In this document: in pieces, positions 40,947-51,285 of the stretch
Layout: the number at the start of each line of letters is the position of its first letter
Position numbering within the stretch: position 1 is the first letter of the stretch
Virus record (IMG/VR): IMGVR_UViG_3300033182_000991
Coordinates: 48,920 to 112,919 of that record
Reading direction: 5' to 3' (one strand)
From: a virus
DNA length: 64,000 nucleotides
Translations under genes and position numbers: made by a program
Notes under the pieces: generated by a model
What the model saw: the letters and a program-made list of their open reading frames with translations, nothing else
What the model was told of the DNA's origin: nothing
Database searches by the model: none

Positions 40947-41618
40947 TTACTTTTTGGTGGTAATGATTTCATCGATAATACCATACTCCAATGCGTCTTT
41001 TGAAGACAACCACAAATCACGAGAAGCGTCTTGCTTTACTTGCTCAGGGTCTTTATCACAAAACTCACCCAACAAACCGAATAGAATGTCATTCAACTTC
41101 TTCCATTCGTTCATTGTGATTTCTGCATCTTGGATGTTACCCATGGCACCACCTGATGATTGGTGTAACATAGTACGAGAGAAACGAAGTGATGAACGCA
41201 TCCCTTTGGTTCCTGCACCCAACAGGACTGAACCCATTGATGCTGCCATACCTGTATTAACCGTGGCGATATCAGATTTGATGTAATGCATCACATCCAC
41301 CATTGAAAGTCCTGATTTTACTGACCCACCTGGCGAGTCAATGTGCATCGTAATCGGCATGTTGTCCACAGAGTCCAAATACATAAGTTGTGCTTGGACC
41401 ATTGTTGACATATGGTCGTTTACAGGACCTGCAACCCACAACAATCGGTCTCTCATCAAACGAGAGAAGATATCAATTTGAGTTGCTCTCATTTCACGTT
41501 CCTCTAAGATGTAAGGGGTTAGTGAAGATTCAATTTGTAGACCGGCGTAGTCCATTTGTGAAGAGGACATATTGAAGTCACTCATTGCATACTTGCGAAA
41601 ATCTTTTCCGAAATCCAT
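40947..41618 (-). CDS. clpP: ATP-dependent Clp protease proteolytic subunit
   Basis: DIFSRLMRDR, IDSPGGSV, GMAASMG (Ser), MLHQ (His), RDLW (Asp), ALEYGIID. Confidence 0.96.
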   Translation of the reverse strand: MDFGKDFRKYAMSDFNMSSSQMDYAGLQIESSLTPYILEEREMRATQIDIFSRLMRDRLLWVAGPVNDHMSTMVQAQLMYLDSVDNMPITMHIDSPGGSVKSGLSMVDVMHYIKSDIATVNTGMAASMGSVLLGAGTKGMRSSLRFSRTMLHQSSGGAMGNIQDAEITMNEWKKLNDILFGLLGEFCDKDPEQVKQDASRDLWLSSKDALEYGIIDEIITTKK

Positions 41619-41691
41619 ATTTTCTGTTTTAATTTGATACAAATATAAGATATAATTTTTACTTCGTCCAAACTTTTATTAAACTTTATTC

Positions 41692-42300
41692 ATGATAACA
41701 CCAAATATTGATACAATACAAGTCGGAGACTTTTTAATCTACACCTCAGAGATTGACTATGTTAAGAACTTAGACCGAGATGAACTCATGGATGAGTTTT
41801 GGTCTGATGAGTTTTTAGGGGTGAATAGGTTAGATGATGGTACCTATGAAAATCAGGGACCTGGTGTACACGTCACTCTTGATGATGAAAACTTTCCACA
41901 CTTTTTTCAGGATACCTACAACTGGGGACTGACATTGGCTCGTTCATTGAGAACTTTGGAAGGTAAGAGTCTTAATCTATTGAATAAGTCGGCTTGGATT
42001 ATTGCTGCCAGTGAGGAACACACTCCATATTGGCATTCACACCGCAGAAATATTGAGGACCCACGAACTCAAGAGAATACAGACACCACATATACGGTGA
42101 CGGTATATTTTAATGAACCGAGTTGTGGTTCACCTTATTCTGATTTGTTATTTGCACATAAAGACGATTATGTATCTGTCCCAATTAAACATGGAACCGC
42201 ATTTTTATTTGACGGTAGATTATTTCATAGACCACAGTTGGTGCCATCAGAATTCGGGTGGAGGTACTGTGCGGTGTGTGACTTTTTATTTGAAGAATGA
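41692..42300 (+). CDS. 2OG-Fe(II) oxygenase-like protein
   Basis: WHSH, TVTVYF, FLFDGRLFH, WRY. Confidence 0.65.
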   Translation: MITPNIDTIQVGDFLIYTSEIDYVKNLDRDELMDEFWSDEFLGVNRLDDGTYENQGPGVHVTLDDENFPHFFQDTYNWGLTLARSLRTLEGKSLNLLNKSAWIIAASEEHTPYWHSHRRNIEDPRTQENTDTTYTVTVYFNEPSCGSPYSDLLFAHKDDYVSVPIKHGTAFLFDGRLFHRPQLVPSEFGWRYCAVCDFLFEE

Positions 42301-42596
42301 TAGAGATTAATTTACAGACATTAGACCAACTCTCACGAGACAACGAAAAGGTATTCGTTTTCTTTTATACTCATTGGCACGACCAATCAAAAATGATGAT
42401 GCCGAATCTTAAAAGGTTACAGTCACTCACAGACGTGCCGATTACAATCTGTAATGCCGATTACAATTTAGATTTAGCTGATGACTTTGGGGTGAGAGGG
42501 TTACCAACATTTGGATTGGTGGAAGATGGTGTTATATCCAAAACCGATAGTATGGTAAAGACTGTGGACTTTCTATTAGATTTTATTGAAAATTAA
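42297..42596 (+). CDS. thioredoxin-fold protein lacking CxxC
   Basis: VFFYTHWHDQSKMMMP ... FGVRGLPTF. Confidence 0.78.
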   Translation: MIEINLQTLDQLSRDNEKVFVFFYTHWHDQSKMMMPNLKRLQSLTDVPITICNADYNLDLADDFGVRGLPTFGLVEDGVISKTDSMVKTVDFLLDFIEN

Positions 42597-42622
42597 AAAA
42601 GGGACTTAACGTCCCTTTCTTT

Positions 42623-43003
42623 TTATCCTTCGTGATTTTCAATCCCTGAGTTCTTAAATATAAGAACCAATCCAATTACAAATAATACTAAAAGGAGTAA
42701 TATCTTGAATGGACTGTCCTCATTCATCGCTTGTTGAACCAATTGAAGTGTGATTAATCCACCTGTATACATTTTTGCATCCTTTGGAAACAAAGCGGTC
42801 ATACGTTTATAGATGGTTGATAGTTGTAGCCACATTAGTGGTGCAAACAACGCGACAAACACCATAACTAAACCTGTATTACCCATACCGAATGAATATC
42901 CGATACCATAACCAACACCAAAACCTAAAATTGCCAATACGATGTTTCGTAGGAAATAGTTAAGACCGTTGATTGTTCCTGAGAATTCAAAATACTTTTT
43001 CAT
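42623..43003 (-). CDS. DUF805-like membrane protein
   Basis: F.FSG.IN..NY, KRM, TM helices. Confidence 0.65.
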   Translation of the reverse strand: MKKYFEFSGTINGLNYFLRNIVLAILGFGVGYGIGYSFGMGNTGLVMVFVALFAPLMWLQLSTIYKRMTALFPKDAKMYTGGLITLQLVQQAMNEDSPFKILLLLVLFVIGLVLIFKNSGIENHEG

Positions 43004-43014
43004 ACTTTTCTTTT

Positions 43015-43278
43015 TTAATCTTCATTAATATAAATTATTTTTCCGTCTTCATCGTGTTTGTGTGCTCTTTTGATTGTTGGTGCTAAGAGAGGGTGTTCAC
43101 TTAATGAACTATGAAGTGCGTGAACACAATAAGGACAGTCATCTGCATAGATTTTCTCAATCTTTTCTTTAATGATTTCGGTGTCTTTTTGAATTTCTAA
43201 TGTTGAATTTAGAATCCATCCTGCGACACCCAACAGGAGTGCCCCAGCGGCACCTGTGATAATCTTTGAAGTTTCCAT
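43015..43278 (-). CDS. small TM protein with CxxC-H motif
   Basis: N-terminal TM, CPYCVH. Confidence 0.6.
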   Translation of the reverse strand: METSKIITGAAGALLLGVAGWILNSTLEIQKDTEIIKEKIEKIYADDCPYCVHALHSSLSEHPLLAPTIKRAHKHDEDGKIIYINED

Positions 43279-43303
43279 GTTTTTCTTTTTTTAATTTTTA
43301 TGA

Positions 43304-44227
43304 TTATAACTTATAGATTTTTTCAGAAGTTCCGTTACTATATCTAATTACATATAATCCACTATTATTTAGTGATTTTATATCTTTTCCCATATAACGA
43401 CCCATCCAATCGTAGATTTCATACTCCATACTTTCGGTGGTGAGTTCTTCAATACCCAATGTAGATAAAAGAACAATAAAAGTCCATTGGATTCTTTGAC
43501 TACCGATGAGTTGACCATTTCTATAGTCATCAATTTGGAATCCATTACCCACTCTACCTAAGTTTGAAGATAAAAAGGTGATACTGTCATTCCCCACATA
43601 CATGTTGGACGGACTTTGACCTACTTGAGGGACGAACACCCCATTTGCGTAACCACTATATAATTGTGTTTGATATAGGTTTACTGAATCACCGTAGTCG
43701 GGGTTGTTTAAGAAACAATTAAAATTTCCCCACATGGGTTTCATCACATTCACCGTATCTTTTTGCATATTAATCAACAAAGGGTTAAATGCAAATGGTG
43801 TTGAGTTGTTTGGGATGTGCCAATAGTCTGCCGAGAGGACAAACTCAGAGGAGAATGAATTGGATGAGTTATTCAAAGAGCCCCAACAACAGTTCTTATA
43901 GATAAATCTGTATTTGTTGGAATCTAAATCAAGGTAATCACTTGCATAGTTAGTGATGTAATGACCTTGAAATGGGATTGGTGATGTTCCTTGTGTCAAT
44001 GTGACATACCCATCTAAGGTATACCAACCCACAGAGTTCATCACCCATTTTTCTACAGATACTGATTGTGGTAGAGATACTCCCTGACCATCGCTAATAA
44101 GATACATACCCACACTTGTGGAATCTTGAGAGGTCTGTGCCACGACAATCATACCCCCCATAAGGTGTGATGCTTTTGTCACAAATGTTGTCAAAATTAG
44201 TGACAGGATGAGTAATAGTTTTTTCAT
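43304..44227 (-). CDS. secreted protein related to the N-terminus of 20976-23030, with T9SS-like tail
   Basis: ASHLMGG, NCCW, NSTP; tail LGIEE..IYDWMGR....GLYVIRY..G..EK. Confidence 0.7.
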   Translation of the reverse strand: MKKLLLILSLILTTFVTKASHLMGGMIVVAQTSQDSTSVGMYLISDGQGVSLPQSVSVEKWVMNSVGWYTLDGYVTLTQGTSPIPFQGHYITNYASDYLDLDSNKYRFIYKNCCWGSLNNSSNSFSSEFVLSADYWHIPNNSTPFAFNPLLINMQKDTVNVMKPMWGNFNCFLNNPDYGDSVNLYQTQLYSGYANGVFVPQVGQSPSNMYVGNDSITFLSSNLGRVGNGFQIDDYRNGQLIGSQRIQWTFIVLLSTLGIEELTTESMEYEIYDWMGRYMGKDIKSLNNSGLYVIRYSNGTSEKIYKL

Positions 44228-44733
44228 CGTTGTTCTATTTTTACTAATCTATTAATATCAAAACTTGCGTCTTCCGCAGTTTTTGATAGTTTGTTATACA
44301 GTTCATCACTGATTTGTGGTGTTCTTGAAAGAATCCATAAGTAATCACGTGAAGGACTCCCGACCAAAACGTATTGGTAATCTTCATCTAATTCAATGAT
44401 GTAATAATCCCCATAAAAGGGTTTGAAGAAGGTGACTTTTAACTTACCTGGTTCGATTACCTTAGCTTCACCGATTGCCTTTTCATTCTTACCACTTTTG
44501 GTGTTATAACCTTGATTAAGAACTCTTACTTTCCCATTCTCCTTGATGGTGTAGTTTGCGGTAACATAAATTAAGTTCTTCTCGAAGTTATTTGGGATTC
44601 TTGCAATCTCATACCATGTTCCTTGGTATCTTTCTAAATCAACACTATCTACGGTGTTTAATGGTAGTTTGTCATCACATCCTGATAACCCCACTAACAC
44701 CAACAGATATAATAATACTTTTTTCATTATCAC
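44224..44733 (-). CDS. blc: bacterial lipocalin (Blc-like lipoprotein)
   Basis: LSGC lipobox, DLERYQGTWYEIAR, YLWILSRTP. Confidence 0.93.
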   Translation of the reverse strand: MIMKKVLLYLLVLVGLSGCDDKLPLNTVDSVDLERYQGTWYEIARIPNNFEKNLIYVTANYTIKENGKVRVLNQGYNTKSGKNEKAIGEAKVIEPGKLKVTFFKPFYGDYYIIELDEDYQYVLVGSPSRDYLWILSRTPQISDELYNKLSKTAEDASFDINRLVKIEQR

Positions 44734-44739
44734 GGTTTT

Positions 44740-45228
44740 TTAAGAATATAGTAAACTTTTCTCAAACCATAAAGGGATGTCTCTATTTTTCCATTTAGAA
44801 AATCCCGCTTTCTCTCCGATATAATAGTTTCTATACGATTCCACCACAGAGTCAACCTTATACTCCTCAGGCATTGCCTTAGCGGGTTCTGTAAATCCCT
44901 TATCTATGATATTTGGTTTGTTCTCAATACACCACTCAATTACATCCTGAGACTTATGTCTCTTACCGTAACGATAGGTATATTCTTTGGAAAGTTCCAA
45001 ACCTAATTCACACAACCATAGGTAGTTGGTTAGACTCTCACGAGCCCAAATGGAACAGGGATGGTTCTTATGTGAAAGACGGTAGGGGACTTGGTCGTTA
45101 GCTTGGTCGGTCATGTGATGGACACCACATAACAACTGAGCGGTCTCCAATATCATCTTAACCACATGTTTGTCGTTGTGATACTGAGCACACTTTTCAA
45201 CGTCCCAATCCAATACAAAAATATTCAT
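44740..45228 (-). CDS. pyrimidine-dimer DNA glycosylase (DenV)-related protein
   Basis: MNIF.LD, HVVKMILE.AQLL, H.NHPC..W, EY.YRYGK.H, AMP. Confidence 0.82.
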   Translation of the reverse strand: MNIFVLDWDVEKCAQYHNDKHVVKMILETAQLLCGVHHMTDQANDQVPYRLSHKNHPCSIWARESLTNYLWLCELGLELSKEYTYRYGKRHKSQDVIEWCIENKPNIIDKGFTEPAKAMPEEYKVDSVVESYRNYYIGEKAGFSKWKNRDIPLWFEKSLLYS

Positions 45229-45273
45229 AAGACAAAGGTAAAAAAAAAGGTTTGGAAAACCAAACCTCTTAAA

Positions 45274-45873
45274 TTAATAATCTTTTGTGAACTCACTCGG
45301 TGGATTGTCCCACAGATTGATGGCGATTGCTCGTCTTCTACCTTTAGTTATTTTACTCACACCGTGTAATTTACCCGCATCAAAAATAACCAATCTGTTG
45401 AACTTAGGTTTGATGATTTCAGGTTCATAGTCAGGCCAATAGATGTAACCTTCTTCAGTGGTTTGTTCAGGGCCAAACTTGTCCCAATAGTACAACATAC
45501 CACCTTCCATTTCATCAATCTCACGACAAGGGTAGAATATGGTACCAATCTTTGGAGTAATGAATCTCTTTTCATTGTTCCAAATCTCCTCATCTTTATC
45601 AAAGTGTAACTTAAGAGCCCACTCCCTACCTAAGACTTCGTTGATGTCGGTTTCATTATAATCACCAACCCAATGTTCAAATCCACCCACTTGGATTCCT
45701 GGATGTGGTGAATTCTCACCCCATATCTTTTCAATGAGTTGGTGACGAAGGGTTGTGATGGGTTCATTCCACCAACCACCATACCAATTGTAACCAATCT
45801 CCCAAAAATCTTCACTGTTTTCTATTTCTTTAAGGAAATCTAAATCCTCAATGAAGTTATCAATTATAATCAT
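45274..45873 (-). CDS. 2OG-Fe(II) oxygenase
   Basis: IIIDNF, LHFDKD, PKFNRLVIFD..LHGV, RRAIAINLW. Confidence 0.85.
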   Translation of the reverse strand: MIIIDNFIEDLDFLKEIENSEDFWEIGYNWYGGWWNEPITTLRHQLIEKIWGENSPHPGIQVGGFEHWVGDYNETDINEVLGREWALKLHFDKDEEIWNNEKRFITPKIGTIFYPCREIDEMEGGMLYYWDKFGPEQTTEEGYIYWPDYEPEIIKPKFNRLVIFDAGKLHGVSKITKGRRRAIAINLWDNPPSEFTKDY

Positions 45874-45930
45874 TTGAAATTCTTTATAAAATAATTATAA
45901 CACAATATGTTTATGGGTAAACACCATTTG

Positions 45931-46004
45931 TGGGCCCTGTAGGGTTCGAACCTACGACCTAATGATTATGAGTCATTTGCTCTAACCGACTGAGCTAAGA
46001 GCCC
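45931..46004 (-). tRNA. tRNA-Ile2(CAT) (or Met)
   Basis: GGGCTCTTAGCTCAGTCGGTTAGAGCA..CTCATAA..GTTCGAAC; Ile2-like body; own TATATTTG promoter. Confidence 0.88.
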
Positions 46005-46065
46005 CAACGGAACAAATATACTATAATATCTATGACGGTCAAACTAAAAATTTATATTTATTAGT

Positions 46066-46884
46066 ATGAGGGGGTTTTTAACTACATTGTTTTTTTTAAT
46101 ATCATTTGTTTGTTTTGGACAAAATAATGAGAATGCTCAAAAAGTATCTGAGTTGACAAATATTACTTATGTTGATTTGGATAATGACATTATTAGTAGT
46201 TCAAATATATCATTAGGTTATTTAGGTGATATCTCCATATTCAGTTATACCCTTGTTTATGAGTGGGGAGGTGAAAAACATAATAATAGTATTTTCTTTT
46301 CTCATACTCCCACATTTGAATACCGTAAATTGGGGTATAACTATAGTAAAACTAAAGAGTTTGAAAGTGGGGTTATTAGAACTAATAATTATAGTTTAAC
46401 CATTTCTGAATCAGGGTACGGTGATGCTATAACGATTGCACCATTCTTTAATCAGATGTATGAGTTTAATAATAATAGAGTTGGTTATACTTTGTTTGTT
46501 AATGATTACAGTTGGAACGGTTTTGATTTTATGGGTGAATATTATCCTGCTGCCGCCGAAACAAAATTTAGTGTCATGATTATTGGTATGAAAAGATTTG
46601 AAAAAGGTAAATGGATTATAAAACCTGAATTATTTCTATTATCAGGTATAAGAACTCATTATATTACCTTAGAAGATATTGATAATCCATTAGATATATG
46701 GTATTGGGATTATTTTAATATAAACGCATATTATGGGACTTCCTTAGAATATATGTTCACAGACAAATTTGGGTTGGGTACCAAATTCAGAAGTAATTTA
46801 TCATATAGTTCTTTTGATAGTAGTGAAGGTTTTAGTAAGAGTATTCCTGTGATATTAACACTTGGTTGTAATTATGATTTTTAG
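46066..46884 (+). CDS. outer-membrane beta-barrel protein
   Basis: Signal peptide, C-terminal LGCNYDF beta-signal. Confidence 0.7.
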   Translation: MRGFLTTLFFLISFVCFGQNNENAQKVSELTNITYVDLDNDIISSSNISLGYLGDISIFSYTLVYEWGGEKHNNSIFFSHTPTFEYRKLGYNYSKTKEFESGVIRTNNYSLTISESGYGDAITIAPFFNQMYEFNNNRVGYTLFVNDYSWNGFDFMGEYYPAAAETKFSVMIIGMKRFEKGKWIIKPELFLLSGIRTHYITLEDIDNPLDIWYWDYFNINAYYGTSLEYMFTDKFGLGTKFRSNLSYSSFDSSEGFSKSIPVILTLGCNYDF

Positions 46885-47095
46885 ATTTTTTTTATTGTCA
46901 TTATTGTTCACCTCTTGTGTCATTACAACACCTATACAAGAGGAAGAAAATGTAGAATCAAAAGTTGAAACTGAAAAAGAACAAATGGTAAATGCTCCTA
47001 AAGTAAAGGCAACAGAACAAGCTCGTAGGGCTCAAGAAGAAAGAGAAGAGTCAAAAACGAGTGACGATACTAAAGGGGACGGAGGTAAAAACTAA
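46874..47095 (+). CDS. small lipoprotein
   Basis: LLFTSC lipobox. Confidence 0.6.
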   Translation: MIFRFFLLSLLFTSCVITTPIQEEENVESKVETEKEQMVNAPKVKATEQARRAQEEREESKTSDDTKGDGGKN

Positions 47096-47493
47096 AAATC
47101 CTCTAAAGCGTTTTCTAAAGACTTCTTAAGTGCTACAGAGAATTCTGTTTGTTCAAAAGGAATGTTAGGGTCAGATAACTCTGTCAACATAGATTTTGCC
47201 GTTGTCTTAGTAACACCTTTACCATAATATTCCTTCCCATCAACCTCAACTTTGGTTTCAACGATAGTCTTCTTTTGTTTGATTTCAAAAGGTCCTATCT
47301 GTATTCCTGTTGATGGTGCTTCAATAGATAAAATGGTTACATTGATAGGATGTCCGTCTTCACATAATGCATGGTCATCGGCAATAATTTCTTCAGTTAT
47401 TTGTCTTACACCAAACTCAAATCTTCTTGAGTCAATGTTGTTGATAGTTGCAAGGGAGATAACACTTGCCACGAAGTAACAGATTAAGTTCAT
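47092..47493 (-). CDS. secreted protein, CsgG-operon associated
   Basis: FGVRQITEE; FEQTEFSVALKK resembles the tail of the CsgG-like gene. Confidence 0.65.
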   Translation of the reverse strand: MNLICYFVASVISLATINNIDSRRFEFGVRQITEEIIADDHALCEDGHPINVTILSIEAPSTGIQIGPFEIKQKKTIVETKVEVDGKEYYGKGVTKTTAKSMLTELSDPNIPFEQTEFSVALKKSLENALEDF

Positions 47494-47494
47494 T

Positions 47495-48691
47495 TTAGTC
47501 TAATGTATTAACAGGTTTATAATTCTTTGGTGGTTTGGTAATCACTGGCATATAAATAGTGTGTGATTGTGTCACAGATGGATTTATATTTTGAATAGTT
47601 CTAATAGATGTGGCTTGATATGTTGATTTTTTGCTTGTAGTGGAGTTAACAATATTATTATATTCTATACTATTAAAGAATGCTCCAACAGGTAATGAAT
47701 TATTATTAACACCTGAGTAAAATAATAATAAATCTTTATTTGTAATTGTGTCATTATTACTTATATCCAAACAGTAGTAATCAAAACCAATGACAGAATC
47801 AGGTTGTAAGATTTTACTCATAAAATATTTCTGTGATTCTAAAGTATCAAATTGATAATATGGTGATGTCATTGTAAATCTATATTGTAATGTATTTGGA
47901 TTACTAAAAGAAACGTATCCTGTTGTGTCTGTGTATTTTGTGCCTTGATTAACCCATTGTGCGATGGTTGCTGATGATGTTAGTTCATAACACTCACCAC
48001 TTGCAAATCCATTAATTTTAGATGCTAACCACGATGACCCATTTGATAATCCTATTTGTTCTATATTAGAACCATCGGCCAAATAAGTTCTTAATACAAC
48101 ATAACACTTAGTCCAATCAGATTTGAAAAAATATAAATCAATTTTAGTGTTAATACCTGTGACATTATATTTGTAACTACCCTCATACCTAATTCTAAAC
48201 ACAGTGTCATTTACTGAGGTATCATAATACGTTTCCGTTCCTGCCCACGACATATTATTGTCTGTGTTGGAGTTGTTTACGGATGTGAAGTGAATTGTTG
48301 GTACATTTGGCGCCGATGCTGAACTTGAATAACTATTATATGTTGATGTTCCGAGTGCCCACCAAGCATTTGCGTGTAAAGTTGCATTTGAATATGTTGT
48401 AGTCCCCACTACATATCCATAACCAGTCGGGTAGTTAACCGTCAAATTACCTTGGTCTGAATTTGCAGTGTTCCATATTTGGGTTAGTCCTGTTCTACCC
48501 CTATCGGTTGGAATATTAGATGTGATTTTTGTTATTGCCCCTGTGGTTGTTGCCTGAGTATAATGTTCCATTTCTATAGGAATACTATCCTTACGAACAT
48601 CAGCTAACGGTACAATAGTAATATTCTGAGCATTCACTAATGTGTAATTAATGATACAAAATAAGGTTAATATGTAGCTTTTAATATGCAT
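47495..48691 (-). CDS. secreted protein with dockerin/EF-hand-like C-terminal motif
   Basis: Signal peptide; LDISNNDTITNKDL. Confidence 0.6.
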   Translation of the reverse strand: MHIKSYILTLFCIINYTLVNAQNITIVPLADVRKDSIPIEMEHYTQATTTGAITKITSNIPTDRGRTGLTQIWNTANSDQGNLTVNYPTGYGYVVGTTTYSNATLHANAWWALGTSTYNSYSSSASAPNVPTIHFTSVNNSNTDNNMSWAGTETYYDTSVNDTVFRIRYEGSYKYNVTGINTKIDLYFFKSDWTKCYVVLRTYLADGSNIEQIGLSNGSSWLASKINGFASGECYELTSSATIAQWVNQGTKYTDTTGYVSFSNPNTLQYRFTMTSPYYQFDTLESQKYFMSKILQPDSVIGFDYYCLDISNNDTITNKDLLLFYSGVNNNSLPVGAFFNSIEYNNIVNSTTSKKSTYQATSIRTIQNINPSVTQSHTIYMPVITKPPKNYKPVNTLD

Positions 48692-50364
48692 TATAATAAA
48701 ATCTTCGTTCCTGTTGAAAGTTGCCAGTTCAGCACATCACCCTTATATTGGTATACACCTGCGAAAGATATACTCCACTTAAAGGTATCCGTTATTTTTA
48801 TGTCGTTGTTAATAAGAGGGATAAATAATAGACCACTCTTATACCATTGACCTTCGTAATAGAATATATAGGGTGAATATACACCCAATAACATTACATT
48901 AGAAGAAAGATAACGCCCACCTTGGAAGTTTGTAAAGCCTCCACCAATTATGGACCAGTTGGAGAATTGACCTTTACCTAAATAACCATATGTGTAGTTG
49001 GTACCACCCATTATGGTTATTTTATTAATTTTTACGGCATCCATTACAGATGTTGTATTGAAAATATCTGAACTAAAGTTAGACATAGTTGCATTTGAGA
49101 ATATGAACATATTTCTTTCAGTCTTAAATGAACCATAAAGTGTTAGGTTACCTATATTTTCACCTGTTTGATAATTGAAGTTAGCTCCTTTGATAAATGT
49201 TCTTTTAGTATTAAGGTGTGTTAAGGACGCATTGAACTTAAAATTATCCACACCCGTGTCTCTTGGGTTTGATGAGTTACGAATAACTACGAAGTCACCT
49301 GCACCGATAAGTGCTCCTCTACCTACTTTTTCTTGTTTTGATTTTTTGCGGCCTCCGCCTCCACCTGAACCACCATCACTTCCTGATTCGGATTCACCAC
49401 CTGATGCGGTTGTTGTTGTTTGGTCACCCATACCACCCATATCGGAATCTGACGATGTGTTACCACCACCATTATCTGCCGAGATACCACTACCATCACC
49501 AGTTCCTACGGAGGGTTCACCACTACCTGAAGAACTACCCGTGTTACCACCTCCTCCTGAAGATGAACCTCCTGTGTTTCCACCACCGGTACTACCTCCG
49601 CCTGTGTCTCCACCTGTGGATGCCCCACCATTGCCTGATGAACCTGAACCACCTGTATTTCCACCCGATGAAGACCCACTACCTGTGGATGTTGAACCAC
49701 CATTTGAGTTACCCGAACCTGTTGATGTTCCTGACCCTGTAGAACCACCTGTAAACGTCCCTGAACCACTATCACCACTTGTTGATGTGTTACCACCTGA
49801 AGAGGAAGAAGACCCCGTAGAATTATTCCCCGAACTTGAAGATGAATTACTACCACTATCTGTTGACTCTTCATCTCCACTGTTATTATTTGATGAAGAG
49901 CTTCCACCACCGTCACCCGATGATGTTGAACCACCACCTAACGATGATGATATACCACCTGCGGTGTTAGCAGCACCTGAAGTGGAGTTGGCTAATCCTG
50001 CAGCCATTTGAACGATACCTGTGATATTGGCAACGTTCCCTGCAGTTGTTGAACCCATAATTGTATTGAAGTCGTTAGTCACATCACCACCTAACCCAGC
50101 ACAAGGGTCAGTCCCTGGTGGGAATTGTGAGTTGATAGATGCTACCCATTGGTCGTATGCACCTGCCTGTAACTGAGCATAGGTAAATGTTTGGTATTGA
50201 CCACCATAAAACATTGTAACAGTTCCTGAGGTTGTTGGGACTTGAATGGTGGTTTGAACACCAGTACAAGGGTCAATATATGTATAAGGGACGGTCTGAC
50301 CTTTTGAGGTCAAAACCATCCCAAACATGAAAAATAAGAATAATATTAATTTTTTACCACCCAT
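48691..50364 (-). CDS. secreted Gly/Ser/Thr-rich-stalk protein with C-terminal beta-barrel
   Basis: Signal peptide, YIDPCTG, ~200-aa G/S/T tract, alternating-strand C-terminus. Confidence 0.75.
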   Translation of the reverse strand: MGGKKLILFLFFMFGMVLTSKGQTVPYTYIDPCTGVQTTIQVPTTSGTVTMFYGGQYQTFTYAQLQAGAYDQWVASINSQFPPGTDPCAGLGGDVTNDFNTIMGSTTAGNVANITGIVQMAAGLANSTSGAANTAGGISSSLGGGSTSSGDGGGSSSSNNNSGDEESTDSGSNSSSSSGNNSTGSSSSSGGNTSTSGDSGSGTFTGGSTGSGTSTGSGNSNGGSTSTGSGSSSGGNTGGSGSSGNGGASTGGDTGGGSTGGGNTGGSSSGGGGNTGSSSGSGEPSVGTGDGSGISADNGGGNTSSDSDMGGMGDQTTTTASGGESESGSDGGSGGGGGRKKSKQEKVGRGALIGAGDFVVIRNSSNPRDTGVDNFKFNASLTHLNTKRTFIKGANFNYQTGENIGNLTLYGSFKTERNMFIFSNATMSNFSSDIFNTTSVMDAVKINKITIMGGTNYTYGYLGKGQFSNWSIIGGGFTNFQGGRYLSSNVMLLGVYSPYIFYYEGQWYKSGLLFIPLINNDIKITDTFKWSISFAGVYQYKGDVLNWQLSTGTKILL

Positions 50365-51094
50365 TAGATTCCATTCTACTTACAAGGTTAAATGTTGCTT
50401 TCTCTAAAGCTCTTTGTGTTGCAATACCTACAGTAGATTGGTCAAATGACATATTAGGGTTCTTGAAGTAACCCTCTCCGATTTGTGTCGATGTTCCTTG
50501 TCCTGATGCGACAATATATTCTGAATTGTCAACATTAACCATACGGATTTGAATACCCATAATGGTTGTGTTTGTTTTGTGAAGTTTTCCTTTGTCATAT
50601 GTTTCACCGTAAGAAACTGAGAAATCGTAAATCTCTGCATATACAATATACTTTGGAAGTAATACACCTTCCATTGTTAATTGTGTTTCACCGTTAGACA
50701 TTCCTTCTAAGTCTGTCTCCCATGCATCTAACATCTGACCTACGATTTGGTCTTTTTCTTCAGCGTATTTGAATCTACCTGTTGTTTCGAAGTTTTCGAC
50801 GATACGGTTAGTAACACCCAAACCTACTCTCTTCTCTCTTAGTTCAGGAAAGAATTCCCATAACTCACTATTCACATTAAGTTTTGATAATTGAATAACT
50901 GTTTTCTCACCTTCAAATGGAGGTAAAGTATTCAGTGATTCTGCCTTTTCAAAATCTGCTTGATATTGAACTGTTGAGATTGATGACTTACACGATGTAG
51001 CCATAGTTCCTACGAAGACTAATGCACATGCAGTTAATACTAACATTAAAGGTGCGACCGTCCATTCTAAAATTGCGTCTTTTCTTGTTCTCAT
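50354..51094 (-). CDS. CsgG/HfaB-like lipoprotein
   Basis: TSC lipobox, TGRFK..E, IYDF, GIQIRMVNV...I.ASG.G, ALEKA. Confidence 0.7.
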   Translation of the reverse strand: MRTRKDAILEWTVAPLMLVLTACALVFVGTMATSCKSSISTVQYQADFEKAESLNTLPPFEGEKTVIQLSKLNVNSELWEFFPELREKRVGLGVTNRIVENFETTGRFKYAEEKDQIVGQMLDAWETDLEGMSNGETQLTMEGVLLPKYIVYAEIYDFSVSYGETYDKGKLHKTNTTIMGIQIRMVNVDNSEYIVASGQGTSTQIGEGYFKNPNMSFDQSTVGIATQRALEKATFNLVSRMESNGW

Positions 51095-51111
51095 AATTTC
51101 TAATTTTTATT

Positions 51112-51285
51112 CTAAAGCCTCAAATATATTTCAGTTGTTTCACCTGCTTCTTCTAATCCTTCTAACGATGGGTTAGACTCAAGATTTTCAGCAAGTCCTT
51201 CAACTGAGGTTGTTGCATTATTCACATCAGATTTTGCGTCGTGTTCATTATTAACAACTTCTTTTCCAATATTATTTTCCACCAT
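51112..51285 (-). CDS. small acidic protein (57 aa, not in ORF track)
   Basis: MVENNIGKEVVNNEHDAKS...EIYLRL fills the operon gap. Confidence 0.55.
   Translation of the reverse strand: MVENNIGKEVVNNEHDAKSDVNNATTSVEGLAENLESNPSLEGLEEAGETTEIYLRL

Noticed and set aside
49175-50011. 278-aa Pro-rich plus-strand ORF and other overlapping frames
   Set aside because: Antisense shadow of the Gly/Ser-rich tract of 48691-50364.
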